Below, piece by piece: positions 1-9,308 of a DNA stretch of 64,000 nt. Location of the stretch: positions 384,001-448,000 of the forward strand of contig OZ223264.1 in assembly GCA_965140585.1 (NCBI GenBank). The letters are read 5' to 3'. A program made the translations under genes and the position numbers. The stretch is from Spirochaetia bacterium (GTDB lineage: Bacteria > Spirochaetota > Spirochaetia > UBA9216). The stretch's first letter is position 1. Each line of letters starts with the position of its first letter. The notes beneath the pieces were generated by a model. That model was not told where the DNA came from. It did no database searches and saw nothing but the letters and a program-made list of their open reading frames with translations.

Positions 1-175
1 AATCTCCCTTCATCCGCCGGTAGGCTGTAATAAGAAGTAACAATGCTCCGCTTAATCCGCAGATGTGTATAGACAGTAATGCTGCGCTCCCGCCTACTGC
101 TGTCTGCAGAACTCCGTTGAACTGAATCATTAAGGCGACAAGGCCGCCGGTAAGAACCGATAAAAAGAAATACAT
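1..175 (-). CDS. DMT/YdcZ-type inner-membrane transporter, 5' part (runs off the left edge; not in ORF track)
   Basis: Manual translation MYFFLSVLTGGLVALMIQFNGVLQTAVGGSAALLSIHICG..., hydrophobic with a YdcZ-like QFNG motif; GGGAG SD upstream; divergent from a Crp-family gene. Confidence 0.75.
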   Translation of the reverse strand, partial: MYFFLSVLTGGLVALMIQFNGVLQTAVGGSAALLSIHICGLSGALLLLITAYRRMKGD

Positions 176-231
176 TACCACTCCCGCTTGTTATGCTTCA
201 TATTCTATCCTACAATCAATTTATGGAGGTA

Positions 232-243
232 GGACATATGTCC
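232..243. promoter_or_regulatory. Palindrome GGACATATGTCC, probable binding site of the adjacent Crp/Fnr regulator
   Basis: Perfect 12-bp palindrome; centre about -42 from the start implied by TAGAAT (207-202, minus strand) of the DMT gene; overlaps the regulator ATG. Confidence 0.6.
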
Positions 244-918
244 CACTCAGCTATAATTAAATCATTTTTTACAGAATCTTCAGAGTCGGTCCGAATAGAC
301 TGGAAAAAGGCAGATATCCTCTGCCTGGAAGGTGAGCCTCTGGAGTACCTTCATTTTATTCAATCAGGAAGGTTCAGGGTATTCAGATCATTAAACAACG
401 GTCGTGATATGCTCTACCGTATCTATCTTCCCGGTTCCATTATGGGTGACATCGAGCTTTTCACAGGTGGTGAAGCTGCCTCATGTTCGGTTCAATGTAT
501 AGAGGCTGCAAAAACGATTTCACTGCCCATAGCCTGCATAAGAGATAATCTTCCGGGATTCTCAGAATTAATTTTCCTCGTCGGTAAAGGGCTGGCAAGA
601 AAGCTGCATGAAAATTCAGTTTCGGAAGCCGTCAATACTAATTATCCGCTTGAAGTGAGACTGGCCCATTATTATCTTGAGTTTAAGGATCCTGAACTGA
701 AAGCTCAAAATTTGATTCAGCTGTCAGAATGGATGGGCTGCAGTTATCGTCATTTAACAAGAAGTCTATCTTCGCTGTGCCGTAAGGGTGCTGTTAAGAA
801 AACCGCCGGCTCCTACGGATCAGGATATCTCGCAGCGGACAGAAATATTCTCGAAAAAATTGCGGGGCCTGTCTTAATGGAAGAAGGCCGCAGGCTGTTT
901 GAGCCGGGAGATGTCTGA
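238..918 (+). CDS. Crp/Fnr-family transcriptional regulator
   Basis: cNMP-binding fold (EGEPLEYLHFIQSG...GDIELF) and C-terminal HTH (LSEWMGCSYRHLTRSL); ATG 238 follows GGAGGT (track start 193). Confidence 0.9.
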   Translation: MSHSAIIKSFFTESSESVRIDWKKADILCLEGEPLEYLHFIQSGRFRVFRSLNNGRDMLYRIYLPGSIMGDIELFTGGEAASCSVQCIEAAKTISLPIACIRDNLPGFSELIFLVGKGLARKLHENSVSEAVNTNYPLEVRLAHYYLEFKDPELKAQNLIQLSEWMGCSYRHLTRSLSSLCRKGAVKKTAGSYGSGYLAADRNILEKIAGPVLMEEGRRLFEPGDV

Positions 919-980
919 TAAATCCGAGTTTAACTTAAAAAGCAGTTGACTGCAATTTGCATTTTTCCTATCATCCGCCT

Positions 981-1499
981 ATGAAAAGAATAATTGTATT
1001 GATGCTTCTCTCTGTTTTTTGTCTGTTTGCTGTTTCTGCTTCTGATTTGGATGCAACTTTTTCAGCAAAGGGGTTTACTGTAGATGGAACAGTGTTTGAC
1101 GGATACCTTAAAACCAAAATAAAAATTGATGATTTAAAGGTTGCTTTTAAAGAAGGCAACCGGGAGGATATTCTTGCTACTATCTACAGCAGTATTATTC
1201 CCTCACAGGCTGTGTTTGGTCAAACTGCAGAAGAACACAATCTTATGCTTGCACAAATATCTGCTAAATATACCGATGAAAATGGTGATCTTGTAAAAGT
1301 TCCAGTTCAGACTTTAGTCGATATCAATCTTAATGATAGAAGAGAAGGTCTATTCAGGGTGACCTATGTCTTGGCCTTCATTTCACAGGATCTCATCGAT
1401 GCAGCAAGAGAAAGCGGTGAGAGTTTGAATGTCGGTGATTATGCCGAGATAACACTGGAATGTGAAATTAAGGATCCTCTCCTTGTGATTGAAGATTAA
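981..1499 (+). CDS. Exported hypothetical protein
   Basis: Signal peptide MKRIIVLMLLSVFCLFAVSA; TTGACT-N17-TATCAT-N6-ATG supports start 981. Confidence 0.75.
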   Translation: MKRIIVLMLLSVFCLFAVSASDLDATFSAKGFTVDGTVFDGYLKTKIKIDDLKVAFKEGNREDILATIYSSIIPSQAVFGQTAEEHNLMLAQISAKYTDENGDLVKVPVQTLVDINLNDRREGLFRVTYVLAFISQDLIDAARESGESLNVGDYAEITLECEIKDPLLVIED

Positions 1500-1620
1500 T
1501 TATTTCTAGCAATATCTGATATAAAAAAATAATAAACTACTCTGTTGAATTGCGGATCTTATTTTACTAAGCTGAATTTATATGGTTTTGTAGCCGCTTT
1601 TATGTTTTCAGCGAGGATTT

Positions 1621-3783
1621 ATGCAATTCAAATCATTAAAAACCAAGATTATACTGATGGCTGGAATCAGCCTTATTTTAACCGGGGTGATCCTTATAGG
1701 TAACCAGGTCATTTCACAGAATAATACTCAGAATACCGTAAACTCAAGGGTGAATACTCTTATCGAAAAACAGACTAAGGATATTTTACTTAATCTGGCA
1801 AAGAGTGAAGCCCGCTATATTCAGTCGAAACTGGAAATAAATCTGGATTCAGCAAGAACCATAGCTGATTCTTTCAAGGCTGTTAAGATAAATAATGAAT
1901 CACTTGGGACTGTTGATATCAGAAATTTATTTAATGATATCCTTCTGACAGTACTTGAAAATAACCCTGACTTTCTTGGTACTTACAGTGCCTGGGAGCC
2001 GAACGCTCTGGACGGTATGGATTCGGAATATCAGAATAGAACAGATTTGGGTTATGATGAAACCGGACGTTTCATTCCATACTGGAACAGAGACCTTGAA
2101 GGAAATATTGCCAGACAGGCATTAGTAAATTATGAAGATAACTCATTATATGAAAATGGAATACGAAGAGGGGGATGGTATCTTAATCCCCGTGAGCGTT
2201 TAAAAGAAAATATTTTGGACCCATTTCCCTATATTGTACAGGGACAAACGGACTGGCTTACAACCATGTCAGTGCCGATAATAATAAATGGAAAATTCAT
2301 AGGAATAGCCGGAACAGATCTAAGGCTGGGTTTTATTCAGAACCTAAGTGAAAGTGTATCCGAAGCTCTATACTCAGGTAACAACAAAGTTCAGGTAATA
2401 AGTTATGAGGGAATTATTGTTGCAGACAGTTCCAATTCTGAGTATATAGGCAAACGCTTGAACGAACTTGCCAATTCTAACTGGCAGGAAACCGTCGGTA
2501 GAGTACATGAAGGTGAAACCTTTGTTGATACAGGTATTGATACTGGTATTGTAAAAGTCCAGGCGCCTATTCAGCTGGGAAGAACTGGTACTCCATGGTC
2601 CATTATTATTGAAGTGGAACGAACACTTGTTTTTGCTGAAGCGATAGCACTATCGGATGATCTTGCTGCTGAATATAAGCGTACAACTTTCTCAGGAATA
2701 ATAGTCGGATTGATTGTAACAGTAATAGCTCTTTTTCTCCTCTATATCCTATCCTCACGTATTGTTCTTCCGATCAAAAAAGCTTTAATGCTTACAGAAC
2801 AGATTGCTGCCGGAGATCTTACCCAGGAAATTGAAATTAAGCAGAAAGATGAGATAGGAGCTCTTGTTAGTGCTTTAAAAGAAATGCAATCAAAACTGAA
2901 AGACTCGATCATAACAATTAAGAATTCTTCCAATAAGGTTTTGTCAGGCAGTGAACGAATTTCCAGTTCTTCTGAAGGCATCTCACAGGGAACAACCCAG
3001 CAGGCTGCTAATATGGAAGAAGTGTCAGCTTCAATGGAACAGCTTAACTCCAATATTCAGCAGAATACAGAAAATGCTCAGCAGTCTAACAGCATGGCTC
3101 AAAAGGTTACCCAGGATTCTCTCAAGGGTGGTGCTGCTGTTGATGAAACAGTAGATGCCATGAAGGATATAGCTGAAAAAATTAGTGTAATAGAAGATAT
3201 AGCCAGAAACACAAATATGCTCGCACTTAATGCTGCAATCGAGGCAGCAAGAGCCGGTGAAGCTGGAAAAGGTTTTGCCGTCGTCGCAACTGAGGTTAAG
3301 AAACTTGCAGAATCAAGCGGCGAAGCAGCAAAGGAGATCACTGAGATTACCAGAAATAGTGTGAACCGGGCTGTCGAAGCCAAAGAGCTTATTGATCAGA
3401 TTGTTCCGGCGATGAAGAAAACTGCCGATCTTGTAGAAGAAATCACTATGGCAAGTCAGGAACAAAGTAATGGGGCAACCCAGATAAACGGCGCCTTGTT
3501 AGAACTTGACAGTGTAGTACAGCAGAATTCTTCAGCTGCTTCAGAGCTTTCTTCCATGTCTGATGAATTAACAAATCAGGCTAACGCAATGATGGATGCA
3601 GTAAATTACTTCAAAATAGGAAACAAAACATCAGCAGTTTATAAAGCTCCTGAAAAAGCTAAGTCTATTCCTTCGCCAAAACCTAAACAGGAAACTAAAA
3701 GACAAGTGTTGATTGAACACAGTCCGGAAGTTTCTAAATCTGTTATCACAGATGAACTGGATGATGAGTTCGACGAATTTTAA
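1621..3783 (+). CDS. Methyl-accepting chemotaxis protein (Cache-type sensor, HAMP, MCP signalling domain)
   Basis: Two TM helices, HAMP (DEIGALV), hairpin-tip motif [27 protein letters not shown]-terminal pentapeptide EFDEF. Confidence 0.97.
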   Translation: MQFKSLKTKIILMAGISLILTGVILIGNQVISQNNTQNTVNSRVNTLIEKQTKDILLNLAKSEARYIQSKLEINLDSARTIADSFKAVKINNESLGTVDIRNLFNDILLTVLENNPDFLGTYSAWEPNALDGMDSEYQNRTDLGYDETGRFIPYWNRDLEGNIARQALVNYEDNSLYENGIRRGGWYLNPRERLKENILDPFPYIVQGQTDWLTTMSVPIIINGKFIGIAGTDLRLGFIQNLSESVSEALYSGNNKVQVISYEGIIVADSSNSEYIGKRLNELANSNWQETVGRVHEGETFVDTGIDTGIVKVQAPIQLGRTGTPWSIIIEVERTLVFAEAIALSDDLAAEYKRTTFSGIIVGLIVTVIALFLLYILSSRIVLPIKKALMLTEQIAAGDLTQEIEIKQKDEIGALVSALKEMQSKLKDSIITIKNSSNKVLSGSERISSSSEGISQGTTQQAANMEEVSASMEQLNSNIQQNTENAQQSNSMAQKVTQDSLKGGAAVDETVDAMKDIAEKISVIEDIARNTNMLALNAAIEAARAGEAGKGFAVVATEVKKLAESSGEAAKEITEITRNSVNRAVEAKELIDQIVPAMKKTADLVEEITMASQEQSNGATQINGALLELDSVVQQNSSAASELSSMSDELTNQANAMMDAVNYFKIGNKTSAVYKAPEKAKSIPSPKPKQETKRQVLIEHSPEVSKSVITDELDDEFDEF

Positions 3784-3806
3784 ACCAGTAGTTCTAGTGT
3801 ATTGTA

Positions 3807-3845
3807 CAGGCATCCTTAAATGTTTTGTGTGATACGGGATGCCTG
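3807..3845. terminator. Hairpin between convergent genes
   Basis: CAGGCATCC / GGATGCCTG inverted repeat with a 21-nt loop. Confidence 0.5.
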
Positions 3846-3859
3846 AATTATTTTAAATT

Positions 3860-4438
3860 TTACTCTCTCAACCATCCATTTCTAACCGCTTCATCTGCTT
3901 TTGTTTTGAGCCATTCAAACATCTCAGGAGCCTGCATTTTTATAGGTTCATGAATTTTAAGTACCTGATGCTTCCTCACTTTCTGCTCCTGCCATGAGCG
4001 TCCCTCTGTTATGAGGTTCATACAGAAGGGCAGTAGCCGGTCAAATACCTTTACCCATCTGCTTTCAGTACTTTGCTGTTTTTCATATTCTTCCCAAAGG
4101 CTTAGAATCTCTTCAGTAAAAGATCCGGGAAATCGCATGGCCAGTTCCTGCAGATATTCCTTTTCAGATGACTGAATATCGTTTCTGCCTGTGTCATACA
4201 CCGAAATATCTCCTGAACCTATTTCACATATATCATGGACAAGAGCCATTTTAAGTGTTTTGATAAAATCAATATCGTCTTCAATTTCTCCATTCAGCAT
4301 CATAATCATAACTGCCAAATGCCAGCTGTGTTCTGCAGAGTTCTCGTTTCTTGAGCCGTCCGAAAGAATTGTTTTTCTGTAGACTGTTTTTAATTTATCC
4401 AGTTCATGAATAAAACTGTAGATCTTATCGTAATCCAT
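3860..4438 (-). CDS. HD-domain hydrolase (HDDC2/YfbR-like 5'-deoxynucleotidase family)
   Basis: LKTVYR, ENSAEHSWH, ALVHDICEI, LWEEYE and DRL motifs. Confidence 0.9.
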   Translation of the reverse strand: MDYDKIYSFIHELDKLKTVYRKTILSDGSRNENSAEHSWHLAVMIMMLNGEIEDDIDFIKTLKMALVHDICEIGSGDISVYDTGRNDIQSSEKEYLQELAMRFPGSFTEEILSLWEEYEKQQSTESRWVKVFDRLLPFCMNLITEGRSWQEQKVRKHQVLKIHEPIKMQAPEMFEWLKTKADEAVRNGWLRE

Positions 4439-4724
4439 CAGGACCTCATTAGTTTAGACTATAAATAAATTCAAGAAGCTTTTTGTTTATAGATTCCATC
4501 TCTAAGTTGTCTTCTATTGTAAATATAAGTGCGTCTTCAAGATTTGAAAAGATTTCAGGCTGAATATTCTATAATCTGAAACCGCACTCAAAGTGTTTCT
4601 CCTAAAATCGAGCTTTATTTTAAACTCAGAGGTCTTTTATTTAAGACCAGATGTATATTTTAAAATTAGTTCAGGAAAAATGCAATTGCATATAGAAAAA
4701 GTTCAATGAGCTGTATCTCACAAT

Positions 4725-4765
4725 AGGGGGAAATCCCCTTAAAATCAGGATATTCCTCCTGATTT
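4725..4765. promoter_or_regulatory. Two tandem inverted repeats upstream of the lipoprotein cluster
   Basis: AGGGG-GAAAT-CCCCT (4725-4739) and AAATCAGGA-N6-TCCTGATTT (4742-4765), centres about 21 bp apart; TATCAT -10 at 4778-4783 with no consensus -35. Confidence 0.55.
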
Positions 4766-4813
4766 ATATATCATCAGTATCATTTTATACTCAATGAAAA
4801 CTCAGGAGAAAAA

Positions 4814-6217
4814 ATGAATATTAGAAAATTAATTATTGTAAGCGTTCTTTTAATGATCGCCGTCTTGTTTAATTGCTCAGATCCTACCAATCCCTCGCAG
4901 GACAGTACAGGAGACTCTACCTCAGAAGATACCTCCGGTGGAGAAACAGATAGTGTAAGTTCAATACTGGATAAATCCTGGACTTCTGCAGAATCGATTG
5001 TAGAGCCGTCAATTGCCGGTGATGACAGTGTAAATCCTGAGGTTGCATACTCTGCAAATGGTACTGCAGCAGCAGCCTGGGAAGTTGATGGCGGGCTTTG
5101 GGTTAATACATTTGACGGGACGGCATGGGGCACCTCTGAATGTTTGTGGGGCGGTGCTTACGGAGATTATCTGGGAGGATATGATATTGATATCAGTTCC
5201 AGTGGTAAGGCTGTAGTTGTCTGGAGCGGGGAGCTTGATAGTGAATCATATGACACGGTATGGTGCCGTATCTTTGACGGAACAGGCTGGAGTGCAGCAG
5301 AACGGCTTTCGGTTACAGGCCTGTCATTTCCTCAGGCGTATTCGCCGGATGTTGCATACAGCCCGTCAGCTGATGAGGCTATTGCGGTCTGGAAGCAGAA
5401 TGATGATGTTTATGCTGCAGTATATGAAAGCGGCAGCTGGGATACTCCTGTAATACTTAATACGGATAGTCTGGATTCTGCCTGGGATCCCGGCATTGCC
5501 TATAATGGTGAACATACTGCTGTTGCGGTATGGCTTCAGGATACTTACAGCTCCTCTGATTACAGGGATGCGTATGCTGCTCTATATGACGGGTCTGACT
5601 GGAGTGCTCCGGTAAATATTGAAGACGGAGATAACATTGACTATGAAATTTCACTTGCTGCTGATTCTTCCGGAAATGCTGTGGCTGTGTGGGAGCAGTA
5701 TGACGGAAGCCGATGGAATATTGGTGCTAATACTTTTGACGGCAGCTCATGGGGAGATTCAGCATTTATATGCGATGACGGTTCTGATATAGATGGTGCT
5801 GTTGTTGATATTCTTCCGGAAGGAAAAGCTGTTGCCGTCTGGAAATATTATAACGGTTCATCAGAACCAAAGATATGTGTAAACATTTTTAATAGTACAA
5901 ACTGGACCGGAAAAGAAGAAATCGGATCCGCCGACAGTTTTACCGATTCTCCAGAAGTAGCTTCTGATTCCTCCGGAAACGCCGCGGCTGTATGGGACTA
6001 TGAAAATTCAGATACAGGAATGAGAGGAATATACCATTCATTGTATAACGGGTCTCTCTGGAGCAGCGAGTCTTCAATAGATGTAAGCAGTGAGGCCCAG
6101 ACTACGGGACTTTGTATCAAATTCAATAAATCAGCAGATGAGGCATTGCTTCTATATTCGGAAGAAGGTGAAGGATTAAATGGATATATGCCGGTGGTCT
6201 ACTCCATGTTGAAATAG
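4814..6217 (+). CDS. Acidic lipoprotein with Trp-containing repeats (probable beta-propeller)
   Basis: Lipobox VLFN-C, Ser/Thr/Asp linker, repeated ~50-aa units (G-x-A-V-A-V-W ... F/Y-D-G-x-x-W). Confidence 0.8.
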   Translation: MNIRKLIIVSVLLMIAVLFNCSDPTNPSQDSTGDSTSEDTSGGETDSVSSILDKSWTSAESIVEPSIAGDDSVNPEVAYSANGTAAAAWEVDGGLWVNTFDGTAWGTSECLWGGAYGDYLGGYDIDISSSGKAVVVWSGELDSESYDTVWCRIFDGTGWSAAERLSVTGLSFPQAYSPDVAYSPSADEAIAVWKQNDDVYAAVYESGSWDTPVILNTDSLDSAWDPGIAYNGEHTAVAVWLQDTYSSSDYRDAYAALYDGSDWSAPVNIEDGDNIDYEISLAADSSGNAVAVWEQYDGSRWNIGANTFDGSSWGDSAFICDDGSDIDGAVVDILPEGKAVAVWKYYNGSSEPKICVNIFNSTNWTGKEEIGSADSFTDSPEVASDSSGNAAAVWDYENSDTGMRGIYHSLYNGSLWSSESSIDVSSEAQTTGLCIKFNKSADEALLLYSEEGEGLNGYMPVVYSMLK

Positions 6218-6241
6218 CCCATTATTCGATCAGGAATTAAA

Positions 6242-7717
6242 ATGAAAAAGAATACAATCTCAATTTTTATTACTCTAATTTTATTGATTTCCATCATCAC
6301 CTCATGTGTTACAAATCCTGTTACATACGAAGATGCTGTCGAAGAAAAGAAACCTCTGGGTGTATTGCCTACTATCATTTTAGGTTATGTGCCGTTTGTA
6401 GGTCAGCTGGTACAGGGCGAGTTTATTGAAGCAGGAGTGCTGGCCGGGGCAATGGTGGGCGGGACGGCCCTGGGAATCGGGACTATGGATATGGACACCG
6501 GTGAGATGTCTCCCTTTGGATTTGTCGGCGCATCGATGATGGCAGGCGCTATCTTTTACAGCTGGATAGACGGCCTGGTTACAAGTATACAGCGGAACAA
6601 GCAGTATAAGCAACAGACTGTCGAATATGCGAAAGACAGGGCTGCCGAGTTATTCATTGCCGGTGAAAGTGCTGAAGCAAAAAGTCTGATTGCCCAAAAA
6701 GTCAAAACGCAGGAAGATCGTATCGAGGTTGCATATGAAATAGCCCCTGAAGGTTGTGCAGTAGACGTTCCTGATATTGTAAATATGACTAACTTGAACA
6801 ACCTTCATTATACTCACTATAACAACCGTTCAATATCCTCCCTTGATACAAAGATCTCGCCTGAGGGCTTTGAGTACATTTTTAAAATCAGACCGAAAAC
6901 GGATGTTAAAAGTTTTGCTGTCTGTGCTGCGCTGCAGAATGATGCATCGGCCTTGTCACAGTTTGCAGAATATGCGGAAACATACGGAATCACAAAAGAA
7001 GTTGTAAGCATAGGAAGCATTATTCTTTCTGAAAATAAAAATACAGATTCACTTTTTAGTTTTTATGATTATTTAAGATCAGAAGCCCCCTTGATGTATC
7101 TTGATATGGATGAAATTGAAAAGCGCAGGATTGATATTAATGAACGCGATAAATACGATCAGGCCGGATGGTTTCTTAAAAATGAGCAGTGGGATCAGGT
7201 GATTGCAATTATTGAAGAACTGTCACGGGAGTCCGGAGCTGATACTTTTCAAACCACAAGGCTGAACGTTCTAAAGGCTGCGGCAGGGTTGTGTATTCTT
7301 GAGACTATTCCGGAAAAAATGAGAAATATTGATCTGCTTATTCATGACCTTGAAAAAGAGGCTGCTGAAAAGGAAGGGCCAGAGCTTGAAGAGCTTAACA
7401 GTTATATTCAGGAGCTGAAGGTTCTTTCTGACTCCGGGTATAAATCAAAAGCTGAAATTGAAAATTTAAATAATCTTTTATACATAATCTCAGTAAAAAA
7501 TGGCGGGGTTTCATTTCTGGGTATGACTCTGAATAACCTGCTTGATAATGAAGAATTGTCCGGTCTTGAGAAATGGCAGGAACTTGAGAGAATGTCAGCA
7601 GACAGAAGCGCAATGATATCCTTGTCAGCTATATTGTTTCCGGATCTTGAACTTTCTGCTGCGGAGATAGGATCTGTAATTGATGAAATGCATACTTATG
7701 ATTATGTATTCTTTTAA
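6242..7717 (+). CDS. Hypothetical lipoprotein with Gly-rich hydrophobic segments and a helical C-terminus
   Basis: Lipobox IITS-C; hydrophobic stretches at about aa 40-115; AGGA SD. Confidence 0.75.
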   Translation: MKKNTISIFITLILLISIITSCVTNPVTYEDAVEEKKPLGVLPTIILGYVPFVGQLVQGEFIEAGVLAGAMVGGTALGIGTMDMDTGEMSPFGFVGASMMAGAIFYSWIDGLVTSIQRNKQYKQQTVEYAKDRAAELFIAGESAEAKSLIAQKVKTQEDRIEVAYEIAPEGCAVDVPDIVNMTNLNNLHYTHYNNRSISSLDTKISPEGFEYIFKIRPKTDVKSFAVCAALQNDASALSQFAEYAETYGITKEVVSIGSIILSENKNTDSLFSFYDYLRSEAPLMYLDMDEIEKRRIDINERDKYDQAGWFLKNEQWDQVIAIIEELSRESGADTFQTTRLNVLKAAAGLCILETIPEKMRNIDLLIHDLEKEAAEKEGPELEELNSYIQELKVLSDSGYKSKAEIENLNNLLYIISVKNGGVSFLGMTLNNLLDNEELSGLEKWQELERMSADRSAMISLSAILFPDLELSAAEIGSVIDEMHTYDYVFF

Positions 7718-7738
7718 TTTTTAAAACAGGAGAAAAAC

Positions 7739-9301
7739 GTGAAAAAACTAAAACCATTATTAACAATTACAATGATGCTGTTTTGGACTGGTGTATCGGT
7801 ATCGGCAGAATCAGTATTGCTGGATGATTTTCCTTCATTCGGAATAAGCAGTATAGGAATTTATGTTGAGAGTTATCAGGATGAAAGAACAGACAACCCT
7901 TCTGCGGATTTCATTACAGCGTATGCTATGCAGGATGTTGTCTATTTTAGAAATACTCTCTGTGAGTTTGACTCAGTCACTCCAAAACTGACTACTCCTG
8001 CCTATCCGTTATCGGGTAGCGGTTCAAATCCTGGACTTGATAAGATGCTTGCAGAAAAACTCAGCGGGGCCCTCGATGAACTGGGATGGAATAATTTATA
8101 TCTCAGCAGTTTTTCCGGCGGCAATCTTAAGGACCTGCGCAGGCAGGCTGTTTCGGAAGGTCTGGATGCGGTTCTTGTTGTCCGTTATTATCCGGTTGAA
8201 TACTTTATACCTATCTCAAACTACCGGGCTTCCTACGGTTATTCCGTAAATACATACTCGGCAAATGTCGGTAAGATTGTATTCGGTCTGGGCATGTATC
8301 CGGCACTGGAGCTCATAGATGCGAGGACCGGAGCCCGAATCTGGTACAGCGCCTATTATGCATCACATCCTGAAGCTCCGCAGGGATCGTATCAGAACTT
8401 CGTTGATATGGCGGCCGAGTTTTTTGTAATCGGGGACGACTCAGAACAGAATGCCATTGACACAATGATTGATCTGACATTAAAATCACAGGCCTTCCCT
8501 GAAGCTGCTGACTCGGGTGCCCGTGATGAACTTACAGCCGCATCACACGCTGAAGGCCGTTCAAATCTGTTCTGGAGCAATGATCCCAGTTATGATTTTT
8601 ATTCAGCCATGATGGCTGTAGGATATCAGTTCAGGTATCTGGGTGATATGCCTGTTTATTATGATGAATCTTCTTATGATGATGTGCCGGGAACTGTGGT
8701 GGCAACAGCTTCGCCAGCAATGGAACACAGGCTGACAATTCCGTTTTTCACTTTAGGATTTGGAAATATGTCACTTGAGCTGCTTAATTTTTATTTCGGT
8801 TATGTTCCGGGACCGACGGTCGATGTTTCATACACTAAAAATGAGTGGGTAGAAGACCCCGAAGATCCTTACGGAGGCAATGTGCAGCAGGAAGTAACCA
8901 GGACTGCCGAAATGTCCACAGGTGCCATGACTTTCGGTTTTGAGGTTATGGCTAAATACTTCCTGCGTTTTGGTGATGACCTTTCTGCATATATCGGCGG
9001 CCAGGCGACAGCCGGTATGTGGATGGATACTATGAGTTCTGAAGAAGATAATTTTGATGAATATGATTATTCATTTCAGCCGCAGGGATTAGCAGTTCTT
9101 GATGGGCTGGTAATTAATGCCGGAATAATGGCCGGCTTAAGATGGGATGCAGAAACCCCTGTAGAGCTGTATGGAATCTTTTATCCGGTAGGACCGTCCG
9201 GAGACTGGGCCTTAACCGCTGGTCTTACCTGGCATTTTCTCATGACTGACTGGCTGCCGCCTCACAGCAGAAATATACAGGAGACAATGGATTTGTTTTA
9301 A
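7739..9301 (+). CDS. Exported hypothetical protein, possible C-terminal outer-membrane beta-barrel
   Basis: Signal peptide ending VSA; alpha/beta N-domain (DAVLVVRY...LELIDARTGARIW); alternating aromatic strands near the C-terminus (WALTAGLTWHF). Confidence 0.7.
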   Translation: MKKLKPLLTITMMLFWTGVSVSAESVLLDDFPSFGISSIGIYVESYQDERTDNPSADFITAYAMQDVVYFRNTLCEFDSVTPKLTTPAYPLSGSGSNPGLDKMLAEKLSGALDELGWNNLYLSSFSGGNLKDLRRQAVSEGLDAVLVVRYYPVEYFIPISNYRASYGYSVNTYSANVGKIVFGLGMYPALELIDARTGARIWYSAYYASHPEAPQGSYQNFVDMAAEFFVIGDDSEQNAIDTMIDLTLKSQAFPEAADSGARDELTAASHAEGRSNLFWSNDPSYDFYSAMMAVGYQFRYLGDMPVYYDESSYDDVPGTVVATASPAMEHRLTIPFFTLGFGNMSLELLNFYFGYVPGPTVDVSYTKNEWVEDPEDPYGGNVQQEVTRTAEMSTGAMTFGFEVMAKYFLRFGDDLSAYIGGQATAGMWMDTMSSEEDNFDEYDYSFQPQGLAVLDGLVINAGIMAGLRWDAETPVELYGIFYPVGPSGDWALTAGLTWHFLMTDWLPPHSRNIQETMDLF

Positions 9302-9308
9302 TATCAGT

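Noticed and set aside
1570-1600. Possible sigma28 promoter before the MCP gene (also GCCGATTA near 30812)
   Set aside because: -35 TAAA missing or mis-spaced; matches too weak in AT-rich DNA
4448-4570. 39-codon minus-strand stretch (NIQPEIFSNLEDALIF...IYSLN*) upstream of the HD gene
   Set aside because: May be a gene remnant, but it has no convincing start and no recognisable family
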